From Bacillus subtilis subsp. subtilis str. 168 (GTDB lineage: Bacteria > Bacillota > Bacilli > Bacillales > Bacillaceae), in the NCBI RefSeq assembly GCF_000009045.1, contig NC_000964.3:2400001-2432000 (forward strand): a stretch of DNA of 32,000 nt, in the 5' to 3' direction. Below are positions 1-8,412 of this stretch, piece after piece. How positions within the stretch are numbered: the first letter of the stretch is position 1; the number at the start of each line of letters is the position of its first letter. The notes under the pieces are model-generated. The model was not told the DNA's origin. It ran no database searches and was given only the letters and a program-made list of their open reading frames with translations. Made by a program: the position numbers and the translations under genes.

Positions 1-69
1 ATTAATAAACGTCGTTATTGTAAAGGAAAAAAGGATGAGACATGCCATAATCGATCCTTTGGACTTCAT
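1..69 (-). CDS. sleB: Spore cortex-lytic enzyme SleB, first 23 codons only (gene runs off the left edge)
   Basis: Manual - strand translation from ATG at 67-69 gives MKSKGSIMACLILFSFTITTFIN. This is signal-peptide-like and matches my recollection of the SleB N-terminus. AGGAGG at 79-84 lies 9 nt upstream. Synteny next to prsW fits. Confidence 0.7.
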   Translation of the reverse strand, partial: MKSKGSIMACLILFSFTITTFIN

Positions 70-108
70 CTTTTCAAGCCTCCTACTGCAAATTTTTAAG
101 TGTAATCG

Positions 109-137
109 TATTTTCTGTAACGAGGTTATTTTTATAC
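109..137 (-). promoter_or_regulatory. Candidate forespore (SigG/SigF-type) promoter of sleB
   Basis: - strand GTATA (133-137), 17-nt spacer, GAAAATA (109-115), about 40 nt upstream of the sleB ATG. It resembles the GnATA-N17-18-xAxxxTA forespore promoter class. sleB is known to be SigG-dependent. This is a motif match by eye only. Confidence 0.35.
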
Positions 138-176
138 ACTCTTTCCTTGTTATCCCTCAGAACATAAAAACTGCAC

Positions 177-207
177 ACAAAAAAGCCGCACGGTTGCTGT
201 GCGGCTT
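177..207 (-). terminator. Rho-independent terminator after prsW
   Basis: Stem AAGCCGCAC (183-191) / GTGCGGCTT (199-207) with a 7-nt loop, followed on the - strand by a T6 run. It sits immediately after the prsW stop (208-210). Confidence 0.8.
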
Positions 208-864
208 CTATACTTGCATCATATTAACGGAACGGGCTTTTTTCGCTTTACGCAAACCAAACCACCATAAAAATACCATAAATGGAAGCATATAATAAAT
301 CCAATTGCTAAGCGCTGTTAGGATAAAATCATATGATCCATGCAAAAGGGATGGGACAACTAAAGAAAGAGTAAGCCACTTTACACGCGCCTTATCAGCG
401 GAAAAACGGGCTTTTCCAAGGTAAAATCCCATTATAACGCCAATCAAGGCATGGCATGAAACAGGCAGCAGCGCCCTGACAAACGCATGCTCCACGCCGT
501 GGCCAATTAAATAAAGAATATTTTCGAGGGTTGCAAAACCGAGTGATACACTTGCACCGTACACAATCCCGTCATAATGCTCATCAAAGTGGGCGTGCGG
601 GTAAACACTGATCATCAGTATAAACCATTTTAATGATTCCTCCAAAAACCCCGAAGATAAAAAAGAAACGAAAAAGCTTCCGCCTCCTACATTCTCTTTT
701 TCAAGTACATACTGGATAAACATGATGGGAAATACAAGAACAACCCCGAGAAAAAACGACCGTAGCACCATATGTACAGGTTCATTATCATACTGATCTT
801 TTAAATAAAAATAACTTAATAACGCGATGCCGGGGGCAATTCCTGCAGAGATGATTGCAAACAT
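208..864 (-). CDS. prsW: PrsW, membrane-embedded site-1 protease of anti-sigma factor RsiW (YpdC)
   Basis: 218-aa polytopic membrane ORF with EExxK (FLEESLKW) and His motifs of the PrsW/CPBP-like superfamily. Sequence and length match B. subtilis PrsW as I recall it. AGAGG lies 7 nt upstream of the ATG. Confidence 0.93.
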   Translation of the reverse strand: MFAIISAGIAPGIALLSYFYLKDQYDNEPVHMVLRSFFLGVVLVFPIMFIQYVLEKENVGGGSFFVSFLSSGFLEESLKWFILMISVYPHAHFDEHYDGIVYGASVSLGFATLENILYLIGHGVEHAFVRALLPVSCHALIGVIMGFYLGKARFSADKARVKWLTLSLVVPSLLHGSYDFILTALSNWIYYMLPFMVFLWWFGLRKAKKARSVNMMQV

Positions 865-938
865 CAGGCAACCTCTTTCCTTTATATTCCTACATCTATC
901 CTACCATGTTGTTTAAAATTTTACATCTGTCTGCACTT

Positions 939-976
939 AAAAAAACAAAAAGAGCATACGAATGCATCATATGCTC
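939..976 (-). terminator. Rho-independent terminator after ypdA
   Basis: Stem GAGCATA (952-958) / TATGCTC (970-976), followed on the - strand by CTTTTTGTTTTTTT. Confidence 0.7.
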
Positions 977-983
977 CTCATCT

Positions 984-1958
984 TTAATGGTTTTCTCTTT
1001 TGGCGATTTCCGCTGCGATATGCCCCCCGTGAAACCTGCCGTTTTCAATAAATATTTCATTTGCATTGTTTCCCGCAGCAATAACACCGGCAATAAAGAC
1101 ACCTTCAACGTTCGTTTCCATCGTTTCTTCGTTGAAAAATGGACGCCCTGTTTCTTTATCAATTTCAACACCAATTTTTTCAAGAAATTGATGATCGGGA
1201 TGATAGCCTGTCATGGCAAATACAAAATCATTTTTAATGGTAATGAGTTCTTTCTCTCCGGAGCGAAACACAACTTCATTCTCGGTGATTTTTTCGACAC
1301 AAGCTCCAAATTCCATACGGATTGTACCGTTTCTGACGAGAGCTTCAAATTCCGGCAGAATCCACGGCTTAATGCTCGGAGAATACTCATTGCCCCTATA
1401 TAAAACTGTGACACGCGCCCCAGATTTCACGAGTTCAAGGGCGGCGTCCACGCTTGAATTTTTCCCGCCGATGACAACAACATCTTTATCAAAATACGGG
1501 TGGCCTTCTTTAAAATAATGAAATACTTTCGGCAAATCCTCACCGGGTACGCCCATATAGTTTGGATGATCATAATAGCCTGTGGCGATGATACAATATG
1601 GCGTCGTGTAGGTCTCTTTTGACGTCTCAATAACGAATGTGTTATTTTGCGTTTTCGTCACTTTACGCACCATTTCAAACGCATTAACACGGATGTTTTT
1701 CCGTTTAACGACTTCCCGGTAATACGATAAAGCCTGAATTCTGACAGGCTTCCTGTTCTCTGTAATAAATGCCACATCTCCGATTTCGAGCTTTTCACTT
1801 GAACTGAAAAAGGTTTGATGCGTCGGGTAATTGTAAATACTGTTAACGACATTGCCTTTTTCGATGACGAGGGCATCAATGCCAATTTGTTTTAGGTGAA
1901 TGGCAGCAGATAGTCCACAAGGTCCTCCGCCTATAATAATTGCTTTTTCTTGAATCAT
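984..1958 (-). CDS. ypdA: FAD/NADPH-dependent pyridine-nucleotide-disulfide oxidoreductase YpdA (bacillithiol disulfide reductase, Bdr)
   Basis: GGGPCGLSAA FAD-binding motif and a second VIGGKNSSVDAA dinucleotide motif. Start trimmed to ATG 1956-1958 (MIQEKAIIIGGG, 324 aa) with AGGAG 9 nt upstream. The ORF-track start at 1988 lacks an SD. Confidence 0.92.
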   Translation of the reverse strand: MIQEKAIIIGGGPCGLSAAIHLKQIGIDALVIEKGNVVNSIYNYPTHQTFFSSSEKLEIGDVAFITENRKPVRIQALSYYREVVKRKNIRVNAFEMVRKVTKTQNNTFVIETSKETYTTPYCIIATGYYDHPNYMGVPGEDLPKVFHYFKEGHPYFDKDVVVIGGKNSSVDAALELVKSGARVTVLYRGNEYSPSIKPWILPEFEALVRNGTIRMEFGACVEKITENEVVFRSGEKELITIKNDFVFAMTGYHPDHQFLEKIGVEIDKETGRPFFNEETMETNVEGVFIAGVIAAGNNANEIFIENGRFHGGHIAAEIAKRENH

Positions 1959-2010
1959 TTCTGTCAACTCCTGCGATTGGCATTTCACTTCATATTTTCT
2001 ATTTCCGAAT

Positions 2011-2046
2011 AAAAAAATCTCCTATTTTATCATAGGAGATTTTTTA
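2011..2046 (-). terminator. Rho-independent terminator after gudB (A/T runs on both sides)
   Basis: Stem ATCTCCTAT (2017-2025) / ATAGGAGAT (2032-2040), flanked by an A7 run and a T-run. Confidence 0.85.
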
Positions 2047-2066
2047 TTTTTATGCAAATCATCAAC

Positions 2067-3350
2067 TTATATCCAGCCTCTAAAACGCGAAGCTTCAGCC
2101 ATTTTGCGAACGCCGACCATATATGCAGCGAGCCTCATGTCAATTCTTCGGTTGTTAGCCATTTCGTAAATATTGTTAAATGATTTGACCATCATTTTTT
2201 CTAATTTTTCTTCTACCTCTTCTTCACTCCAGTAGAAGCCTTGGTTATTCTGAACCCATTCAAAATAAGAAACTGTTACGCCACCGGCACTTGCCAGCAC
2301 GTCTGGTACAAGCAGAATGTCCCGGTCTGAAAGAATTTTTGTTCCTTCAAGCGTTGTTGGTCCGTTCGCTGCTTCAACGACAATTTTAGCCCGGATATTA
2401 TGGGCATTTTCTTCTGTAATTTGATTTTCAATCGCAGCAGGAACGAGAATATCACAATCCAGCTCCAGCAGCTCTTGGTTGGTAATGGTATCGTTGAAAA
2501 GCTTTGTTACGGTACCGAAGCTGTCGCGTCGGTCGAGTAAATAATCGATATCAAGGCCTTCCGGATCATAAAGTCCGCCATACGCATCTGAGATGCCGAC
2601 AACTTTTGCCCCCGCATCATGCATAAATTTTGCCAAATAGCTTCCCGCGTTTCCGAAGCCTTGGACAACGACACGCGCACCTTTAATATCGATGCCTCTC
2701 TTCTTAGCCGCTTCTTTAATACAGATGGTAACACCTTTTGCTGTCGCAGATTCTCTCCCGTGAGATCCGCCAAGCACAAGCGGTTTGCCTGTAATAAATC
2801 CAGGCGAATTAAATTCATCAATTCTTGAATACTCATCCATCATCCAAGCCATGATTTGTGAGTTTGTAAATACATCCGGTGCCGGCACGTCTTTTGTCGG
2901 GCCGACAATTTGGCTGATCGCTCTGACATACCCTCTGCTCAGACGCTCCAGCTCTCTAAACGACATATCCCTTGGATCACAAACAATTCCGCCTTTACCA
3001 CCGCCATATGGAAGATCAATTATGCCGCATTTTAAACTCATCCAAATTGAAAGCGCCTTCACCGCCTTCACCTCTTTTTCTGTTACGTTCGGGTGAAAAC
3101 GTATCCCGCCTTTCGTTGGACCGACAGAGTCATTGTGCTGCGCACGATATCCTGTGAAAATCTTTACTGAACCGTCGTCCATACGAACAGGTATTTTTAC
3201 CGTTAATAATCTCATCGGCTCTTTTAACAATTCGTATACCTCTTCGGGATATCCCAATTTTTCCAGAGCCTTATGTATTACGGTTTGGGTTGATTTTAAT
3301 ACATCAAGTTTGTCCTCTTCTGTATGACCGGTGTTTCGATCGGCTGCCAT
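2067..3350 (-). CDS. gudB: NAD-specific glutamate dehydrogenase GudB, cryptic lab-strain allele with a 3-codon in-frame duplication
   Basis: 427-aa Glu/Leu/Phe/Val dehydrogenase with KGGIRF and GGGKGG motifs. AGGAGG lies upstream of ATG 3348-3350. It contains the duplicated VKA-VKA (KEVKAVKALSIW) typical of the 168 gudB(CR) allele. The ORF is intact, so it is kept as a CDS. Confidence 0.95.
   Translation of the reverse strand: MAADRNTGHTEEDKLDVLKSTQTVIHKALEKLGYPEEVYELLKEPMRLLTVKIPVRMDDGSVKIFTGYRAQHNDSVGPTKGGIRFHPNVTEKEVKAVKALSIWMSLKCGIIDLPYGGGKGGIVCDPRDMSFRELERLSRGYVRAISQIVGPTKDVPAPDVFTNSQIMAWMMDEYSRIDEFNSPGFITGKPLVLGGSHGRESATAKGVTICIKEAAKKRGIDIKGARVVVQGFGNAGSYLAKFMHDAGAKVVGISDAYGGLYDPEGLDIDYLLDRRDSFGTVTKLFNDTITNQELLELDCDILVPAAIENQITEENAHNIRAKIVVEAANGPTTLEGTKILSDRDILLVPDVLASAGGVTVSYFEWVQNNQGFYWSEEEVEEKLEKMMVKSFNNIYEMANNRRIDMRLAAYMVGVRKMAEASRFRGWI
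3055..3072 (-). repeat. gudB: Perfect 9-bp tandem direct repeat inside gudB (GGTGAAGGC x2 on the coding strand)
   Basis: + strand gccttcacc at 3055-3063 and again at 3064-3072. The repeat is in frame and encodes VKA VKA. Confidence 0.97.
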
Positions 3351-3466
3351 TTGAGTTAACCTCCTAGAATCTTCTGTTTCTCACATGCTCCCTTTCAGAG
3401 AATAGTATACACCTTCATATGATCTGTGCATAGAATAAACGTTATGTTTTTCCATGTTTTTTAACG

Positions 3467-3494
3467 AAAAAAAACTGCTGAAATCAGCAGTTTT
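3467..3494 (-). terminator. Rho-independent terminator after mecB
   Basis: Stem CTGCTG (3475-3480) / CAGCAG (3485-3490) with a 4-nt loop, extended by A/T pairs. T8 follows on the - strand. Confidence 0.8.
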
Positions 3495-3505
3495 CCGTTG
3501 CATTC

Positions 3506-4090
3506 TTATGAAAAATGAGTTTGTATCGTTTCTACGGCATTACCGTCCATAATGAGCTTACCATACTCTTGCAGGCGATAAATCGTTAAAGTTGTCGGAT
3601 TGCCGTATTCAGCCAGAACCGCCACAACCCCTTCAGCCGTATGTGACCCTAGATCTTCAAGGCTTAAAAAGTACTGCCCGTCATAGTGGTAGACAGTTCC
3701 CCCTGTGATACCGATTCGCTGTAAGCTTTCTGAAAGCTGAATGATATCTTCAAAGGAATGGAATTGATATATGATGTCCGCGCTTTCATCAAGCTTGACT
3801 TGCATTTCGATGTAATCATCATCATACTCATCGTCTTCTGAATCGGCGTCTTGGTTCTTTGTTACAATCACGACCATCCCTTGTGCTTGGAGAGAATACA
3901 CTTCCACTGCAATCGGTCCATTCGCTTCAAAGCCGAGCTCTGTATTTGCTTCATTCATCATATCTTTAAATAACTGGTGGACTTTAAATGAGTCCTTCCA
4001 GAGGTCTTCTTTTGTCAATCCCCGGTCTGTCAAATCATCGAGGGTTAAAAAGATTTTGATCTTATTATAATTCAGACGCTCAAGCCGCAT
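3506..4090 (-). CDS. mecB: Adaptor protein MecB (YpbH), MecA paralogue for ClpC
   Basis: MecA-family N-terminus (MRLERLNYNKIKIFLTLDDLTDRG) and an acidic linker. Start trimmed to ATG 4088-4090 (194 aa) with GGAGGG upstream. Confidence 0.92.
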   Translation of the reverse strand: MRLERLNYNKIKIFLTLDDLTDRGLTKEDLWKDSFKVHQLFKDMMNEANTELGFEANGPIAVEVYSLQAQGMVVIVTKNQDADSEDDEYDDDYIEMQVKLDESADIIYQFHSFEDIIQLSESLQRIGITGGTVYHYDGQYFLSLEDLGSHTAEGVVAVLAEYGNPTTLTIYRLQEYGKLIMDGNAVETIQTHFS

Positions 4091-4248
4091 AACGTTCCCT
4101 CCTGCCTCTACTTGCACACAAATCATATAACACATTATATGAGATGATGAGTCATAGGTTCTTAATTGTTATCAGTTTACACTGAGTTCACTAGTAAGAC
4201 AAGCACAATGCAGTTTTTATTGCCATACGGATTTTTGCTTTTTAGAAG

Positions 4249-5028
4249 TTATTCTGGCCCGCAAAGAGTCACAATGTGAGTTTCAGGCTCAGCACCTAAA
4301 CGAAGAGGCACTTTTGTCGTGCCGTAGCCGTTGCTGATCAGATATGCCGCGTTTTTAACAATACCTGTTTTCCCCAGTTCATAAGGACCGAATTTTCCAA
4401 ACCTGATCTGGCCTCCATGGGTATGTCCGCTGAGTATCACATCAATACCGTCATCTTCATTGATTTGTTCATGAATCTCCGGATTATGGCAAACCAGAAT
4501 ATTCAGCTGGCTTTCATCAAGTTCTTTGATGGCTTCCTCATAATGATCCATCTCCATCCTGATATCATCAACCCCCGCAATCGCAATCGTATGCCCATTG
4601 TATGAAAACGGGACTGACTCATTTCTCAGAGTGATGACGCCGTGCGCTTTAAATATGGAATACAGCTTATGCTGCCTGACTTCATAATCATTATTCCCCC
4701 ACACAAACACGATAGGGACCCCGAAATGTACGAGCCTTTTGATGTTTTCCTCGATTCTCGCACTGGGCACCCCGCCCTCAGCTAAATCACCGCCGATTAT
4801 AACCAAGTGGGGGGCATGGCTTCGCGCTTTTTCTAAAAGGTCTTGATCGATGAGACGTTTGTGAATGTCTGAAATAAAAAAGATTGTCAGAGGCGGCTTG
4901 CCCTTCATCTTTGATAAAGGAAACGTATGTGTCTTCAAATGATTGCCTTTTGCTGTTGCATACATTTTTGCCGTCATTGCCGCTGCCGCAACAGTTAGTA
5001 CACCGGCAATTTTCACTGATAGCTTCAT
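4249..5028 (-). CDS. ypbG: Membrane-anchored calcineurin-like metallophosphoesterase YpbG
   Basis: N-terminal TM segment followed by the motifs DIH, GGDL, GNNDYE and GHTHGGQ. Start trimmed to ATG 5026-5028 (MKLSVK, 259 aa) with GGAGAG upstream. Confidence 0.88.
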   Translation of the reverse strand: MKLSVKIAGVLTVAAAAMTAKMYATAKGNHLKTHTFPLSKMKGKPPLTIFFISDIHKRLIDQDLLEKARSHAPHLVIIGGDLAEGGVPSARIEENIKRLVHFGVPIVFVWGNNDYEVRQHKLYSIFKAHGVITLRNESVPFSYNGHTIAIAGVDDIRMEMDHYEEAIKELDESQLNILVCHNPEIHEQINEDDGIDVILSGHTHGGQIRFGKFGPYELGKTGIVKNAAYLISNGYGTTKVPLRLGAEPETHIVTLCGPE

Positions 5029-5074
5029 AAAAAACTCTCCATTCTTTTTAGAACTTATCAATAAGACGGACAAT

Positions 5075-5108
5075 AAAAAAAGACGTTTCTATCGTTTGAG
5101 AAAACGCC
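5075..5108 (-). terminator. Probable Rho-independent terminator after ypbF
   Basis: Imperfect stem CGTTTC (5084-5089) / GAAAACG (5100-5106, one bulged A), followed on the - strand by a T7 run. Confidence 0.5.
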
Positions 5109-5113
5109 CCATT

Positions 5114-5557
5114 TTATTTACTTTCAAAATATAGATTAATGTCATATTTGTGCTTCATCATATGAAAAACAGACTCTCTCGCCTTCCATTTATCGGGCTG
5201 CGGCCAGAGATCAGTGCTTTTCTGAATAATTTCACATCTCAGTTTATGGAAATCAGTCTCGGATTTTTCTTCCTTTTTCTTGAAATAATATGAAGTGCAG
5301 TAGGCAAAAGCGGTTGCCAGCATCCAAAATAAATAAAAGGTATGGCTAAGTATTTCTTGAAGTATAAGCTGAGGCTCCGGGCTTTTGATCATGATCATAA
5401 CACATAATAAGCCTAGGCAGATAAGTGAAGCCCATCGCCATCTGCGGCATTGTGCTGCATAATTTTCGAATTTTTGTTTTCGTTTTACCAGCGCTTGGAG
5501 CATCTGTTTGGTCGGCGCGTCTGTAAACTGATCCAGCTGATTCCATAAGGATTCCAT
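5114..5557 (-). CDS. ypbF: Small membrane protein YpbF, function unknown
   Basis: Two predicted TM helices. Start placed at ATG 5555-5557 (MESLWNQ, 147 aa) with AAGGTG 8 nt upstream. The ORF-track start at 5566 is a GTG that overlaps that SD. Confidence 0.8.
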   Translation of the reverse strand: MESLWNQLDQFTDAPTKQMLQALVKRKQKFENYAAQCRRWRWASLICLGLLCVMIMIKSPEPQLILQEILSHTFYLFWMLATAFAYCTSYYFKKKEEKSETDFHKLRCEIIQKSTDLWPQPDKWKARESVFHMMKHKYDINLYFESK

Positions 5558-5619
5558 ACGCTTCACACCTTGTCCATTTTCATTGCTACAATATATGAAC
5601 GTAAAATAAAAATAATACC

Positions 5620-6342
5620 CTATTCATCCATTAAAGGGATGTCCAAAACTTGTCCGGTGTAAACATCATTTCCATTCAGATGATTATATGCTCGAATTTT
5701 TTCTTCTCCTGTCCGGCTTTTATAATACTTCATGGAAATGCGGTATAGCGTTTCTTTCTTTTGGACGGTGTGCTTGACAACGCGATTCGGCACATTTTGA
5801 ACTGGCTCAGCTGGCTGTTCTTGCTGTTGTACTGTTGATTGGGAAGAGGAAGCAGCCGCGGCGGTTGCTTCCTCCTTATTTGGCGAGTCTTCTTTTTCCG
5901 CTACAGCAGTCTGTTTCTTATCAGCAGCTGTTTGCTCTTTTGGCTTGGAATCTTCTGGCTCTTTTTTTGACTCCTTCTGCAGTGCGGTTTCTTTAGTGTC
6001 TGCGGTATCGTTTTTATCCTCTGATTTCGGGACAACCTCATATTTGCTTTGGCTGCTGTCAATAAAAACATCTTCATAATCGTCATGATTATCCGGGTGG
6101 CTCTTTAGATAAAATAAGGTGACTAAAACGATAACCGGCACAAATACAAATATTACTGCGAGTACTGTGAATAATGGCGTTTTTGTTTTGCCTTGCTTTT
6201 TTTTCTGTTCTCTTTGATTTTTTACAGATTGTCTTGTCGGAAGGCTTTCTCCATCATCGACATAATCGTCCGCCAATGCGGCGTTTTGATCTTCATAAAG
6301 ATTCTGGGCTTTTCTTCTCTCTACTCTCGACATGTTCGTCAT
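5620..6342 (-). CDS. ypbE: Single-pass membrane protein YpbE with a C-terminal LysM domain
   Basis: 240 aa. Layout: basic N-terminus, TM (LFTVLAVIFVFVPVIVLVTLFYL), K/E/D/T-rich low-complexity linker, then a LysM-like C-terminus (HTVQKKETLYRISMKYY...YTGQVLDIPL). Strong SD GAGGAGGG lies 6 nt upstream of ATG 6340-6342. Confidence 0.88.
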   Translation of the reverse strand: MTNMSRVERRKAQNLYEDQNAALADDYVDDGESLPTRQSVKNQREQKKKQGKTKTPLFTVLAVIFVFVPVIVLVTLFYLKSHPDNHDDYEDVFIDSSQSKYEVVPKSEDKNDTADTKETALQKESKKEPEDSKPKEQTAADKKQTAVAEKEDSPNKEEATAAAASSSQSTVQQQEQPAEPVQNVPNRVVKHTVQKKETLYRISMKYYKSRTGEEKIRAYNHLNGNDVYTGQVLDIPLMDE

Positions 6343-6895
6343 GTTTATCCCTCCTCACATGTTCAAAACGAATCTGACAGGCAAACACGGCATCAATGAT
6401 AAAATGCGCCGTCATCGGAACAAATAAGTTGCCGGTCCATTCATACATCAGACCGAGCAAAAAGCTGATTGCTGTCACCATAATAAATAACAGCCATTTT
6501 GACAAATACCGAAAGTGCAGAGCGGCAAATATAAGGCTGGCCGTCCATAAACCGATATGAGTCTGCAGCACTCCTCTGAATAACATTTCTTCCGCGAAAG
6601 CAATCAGAAGCGTTAAAAATATAATATGAGGGATTGACCTCTTACTGAATATTTTTTTATTGATTCCGCCGTCATCATATAAATGAGACGGAAACCATTT
6701 CATTACTGCCATATCGGCTAAAATAACAATAACAGCTATAGAAACACCATACCAGATGATTCGCATATCGCGAATGTCCCAGAGCTTTAATACGTCCCGT
6801 ACATCCTCAAAAAAGAACAGTCCTGCTGCAGCAGCGGCAAAGATGATGAGTAGCTGCGTCAAATATAACTGCTTCAGCATATCATGGTCAGTCAT
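6293..6895 (-). CDS. ypbD: CPBP (CAAX/Abi) family intramembrane metalloprotease YpbD
   Basis: Polytopic membrane ORF with EEMLFRG, FAALHF and HFIIDAV motifs. The start is uncertain: no good SD precedes ATG 6895, ATG 6880 or TTG 6862. The 3' end overlaps ypbE by 50 nt. Confidence 0.82.
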   Translation of the reverse strand: MTDHDMLKQLYLTQLLIIFAAAAAGLFFFEDVRDVLKLWDIRDMRIIWYGVSIAVIVILADMAVMKWFPSHLYDDGGINKKIFSKRSIPHIIFLTLLIAFAEEMLFRGVLQTHIGLWTASLIFAALHFRYLSKWLLFIMVTAISFLLGLMYEWTGNLFVPMTAHFIIDAVFACQIRFEHVRRDKHDEHVESREKKSPESL

Positions 6896-6921
6896 ATGCT
6901 GAATATAATCTTTTTGCTGTT

Positions 6922-8412
6922 TCAGTTCAGCTCACCTACAGTCTGCAAGCTGAATATCCGGTGCAATTCCGAACTCCAGCTGTCTAATGGCGCCATTTTA
7001 CTCCGTTCCCCTTTTTGTTCATACAAGGATAAATCAAAACCGCAATGTGAACAGCACGGGAGGTTTCCGTCATCAGGCTCGTATGATTCATCAAAGTAGG
7101 TTAACAGTGCCTGCCTTAAACAGCCGTCACGCTGAAGCAAAAATGATACACGGTGCATTTTTTCCAGCTTCAGCTCCATGCGATATGAAATTTCTTTCTT
7201 CATCAGTTCAACTGATGTTTTTCCCTGCATAAAGAGATGAATCATCATACGGGCCTGTGTCTCTCCGACGCCATACTGAAGTAATACGTCACGCAGCCTT
7301 CTCTCATCCCGCTCCTCCGTCTTCTCTAGCACACGGATTACGTCGGCGATTTCTTCAGCTGTGACACTCTCCATCTGGATAATTTGTTCCTGCAATTCAA
7401 AATCCCCTGGCGCCCGCAGCAAAATGCTGACACTCGGCTTTCCGTCGCGTCCCGCTCTGCCGATTTCCTGCATAAAAGCTTCTGCCGTCTGCGGGAGATG
7501 AAAATGAATCACATATCTGATATCAGGTTTATCGACACCCATTCCAAACGCATTCGTACAACATATCACATCAAGCTGGTTATGAATAAACTGCTGCTGA
7601 ATTAAAATCCTGTCCCCTGACTCCAAACCGCCATGGTAAAAGTCGGCTCTGCTGCTCGTTTTGCTTTTAATTTCACCCGCTAATTCCTTAGCCCATTTCC
7701 GTGTTGGACAATAAACAATTCCCGGACCTTGCAGGTTTTCAACCAGCTGAATGACCCTATCTATTTTTTCGGCAGTATCCGCCGCATTTTCAACCCTCAG
7801 TGCGATGTTTGGGCGGTTGACTGAGTTGAGATGGCGTACAGCATGCTGCAGCTCCAGCAGGTTCATGACATCTTGCAGCGTTTCCTTTGTAGCCGTGGCG
7901 GTCAATGCCAGAACGGGTGGGTGTCCAAGTTTTTTTCTCAGCTGTCCGAGCTTTGAATAATCAGGCCTGAAGTCGTGTCCCCATTCAGAAATACAATGCG
8001 CTTCGTCAATAACAAATAGGCTAATCGGAACGCTTTTCAATTTTTCCAATACATATGGAGACTGTAAAGCTTCAGGAGACAAGTACAAAAATTTATATCG
8101 ATGAATATGTTCTAAAACAAATTGTCTTTCCTGCCTGTTAAGCATGCTGTTCAAAGCTGCAGCACGCTTTTCCCCCCGGGCTTTGAGCTGCTGCACCTGA
8201 TCCTCCATTAAAGAAAGCAGTGGAGAAACGATTAATACCATGCCATCAAGCATATAACCAGGCAGCTGGTAGCAAAGCGATTTCCCTCCCCCAGTCGGGA
8301 GCATTGCAATGGTATCCTTCCCGCTGAGTATGCTTTCAATAATGTCCTGCTGCCCTTTTTTAAAGGAAGTAAAACCAAAAAACTGATATAACGTTTGCTG
8401 TAATTTAGTCAT
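6922..8412 (-). CDS. recS: RecQ-family ATP-dependent DNA helicase RecS (YpbC)
   Basis: 496 aa with Walker A PTGGGKS, DEAH box VIDEAHCISEWGHDFRP and a C-terminal Cys cluster (C..CCSHC). The ATG overlaps the ypbB stop by 8 nt. Confidence 0.93.
   Translation of the reverse strand: MTKLQQTLYQFFGFTSFKKGQQDIIESILSGKDTIAMLPTGGGKSLCYQLPGYMLDGMVLIVSPLLSLMEDQVQQLKARGEKRAAALNSMLNRQERQFVLEHIHRYKFLYLSPEALQSPYVLEKLKSVPISLFVIDEAHCISEWGHDFRPDYSKLGQLRKKLGHPPVLALTATATKETLQDVMNLLELQHAVRHLNSVNRPNIALRVENAADTAEKIDRVIQLVENLQGPGIVYCPTRKWAKELAGEIKSKTSSRADFYHGGLESGDRILIQQQFIHNQLDVICCTNAFGMGVDKPDIRYVIHFHLPQTAEAFMQEIGRAGRDGKPSVSILLRAPGDFELQEQIIQMESVTAEEIADVIRVLEKTEERDERRLRDVLLQYGVGETQARMMIHLFMQGKTSVELMKKEISYRMELKLEKMHRVSFLLQRDGCLRQALLTYFDESYEPDDGNLPCCSHCGFDLSLYEQKGERSKMAPLDSWSSELHRIFSLQTVGELN

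Noticed and set aside
35-295. 86-aa + strand ORF at the left edge
   Set aside because: It spans the sleB start and promoter, the prsW terminator and the prsW 3' end on the opposite strand. It has no SD and is low-complexity and hydrophobic by chance.
855-1403. 182-aa + strand ORF
   Set aside because: It is antisense to ypdA, whose product has clear FAD/NADPH motifs. It has no SD and no recognisable domain. This is a typical shadow ORF.
2067-3350. Calling gudB a pseudogene
   Set aside because: The reading frame is intact and the gene is known to be transcribed and translated. The defect is a 3-residue insertion, so I kept it as a CDS with a repeat feature and a finding.
4091-4135. N-terminal extensions offered by the ORF track for mecB, and likewise for ypdA, ypbG, ypbF, ribU, aroC, resD, resA, rluB, spmB, scpB, scpA and ribE
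   Set aside because: In each case a downstream ATG or GTG has a well-spaced Shine-Dalgarno sequence and gives the canonical family N-terminus and the protein length I recall. The extended starts lack an SD.
4091-4248. Terminator or promoter between ypbG and mecB
   Set aside because: I could find no convincing stem-loop with a U-tract after the ypbG stop. A TATAAT at 4134-4139 (- strand) lacks a credible -35, so the evidence is too weak to report as a feature. ypbG and mecB may be co-transcribed.
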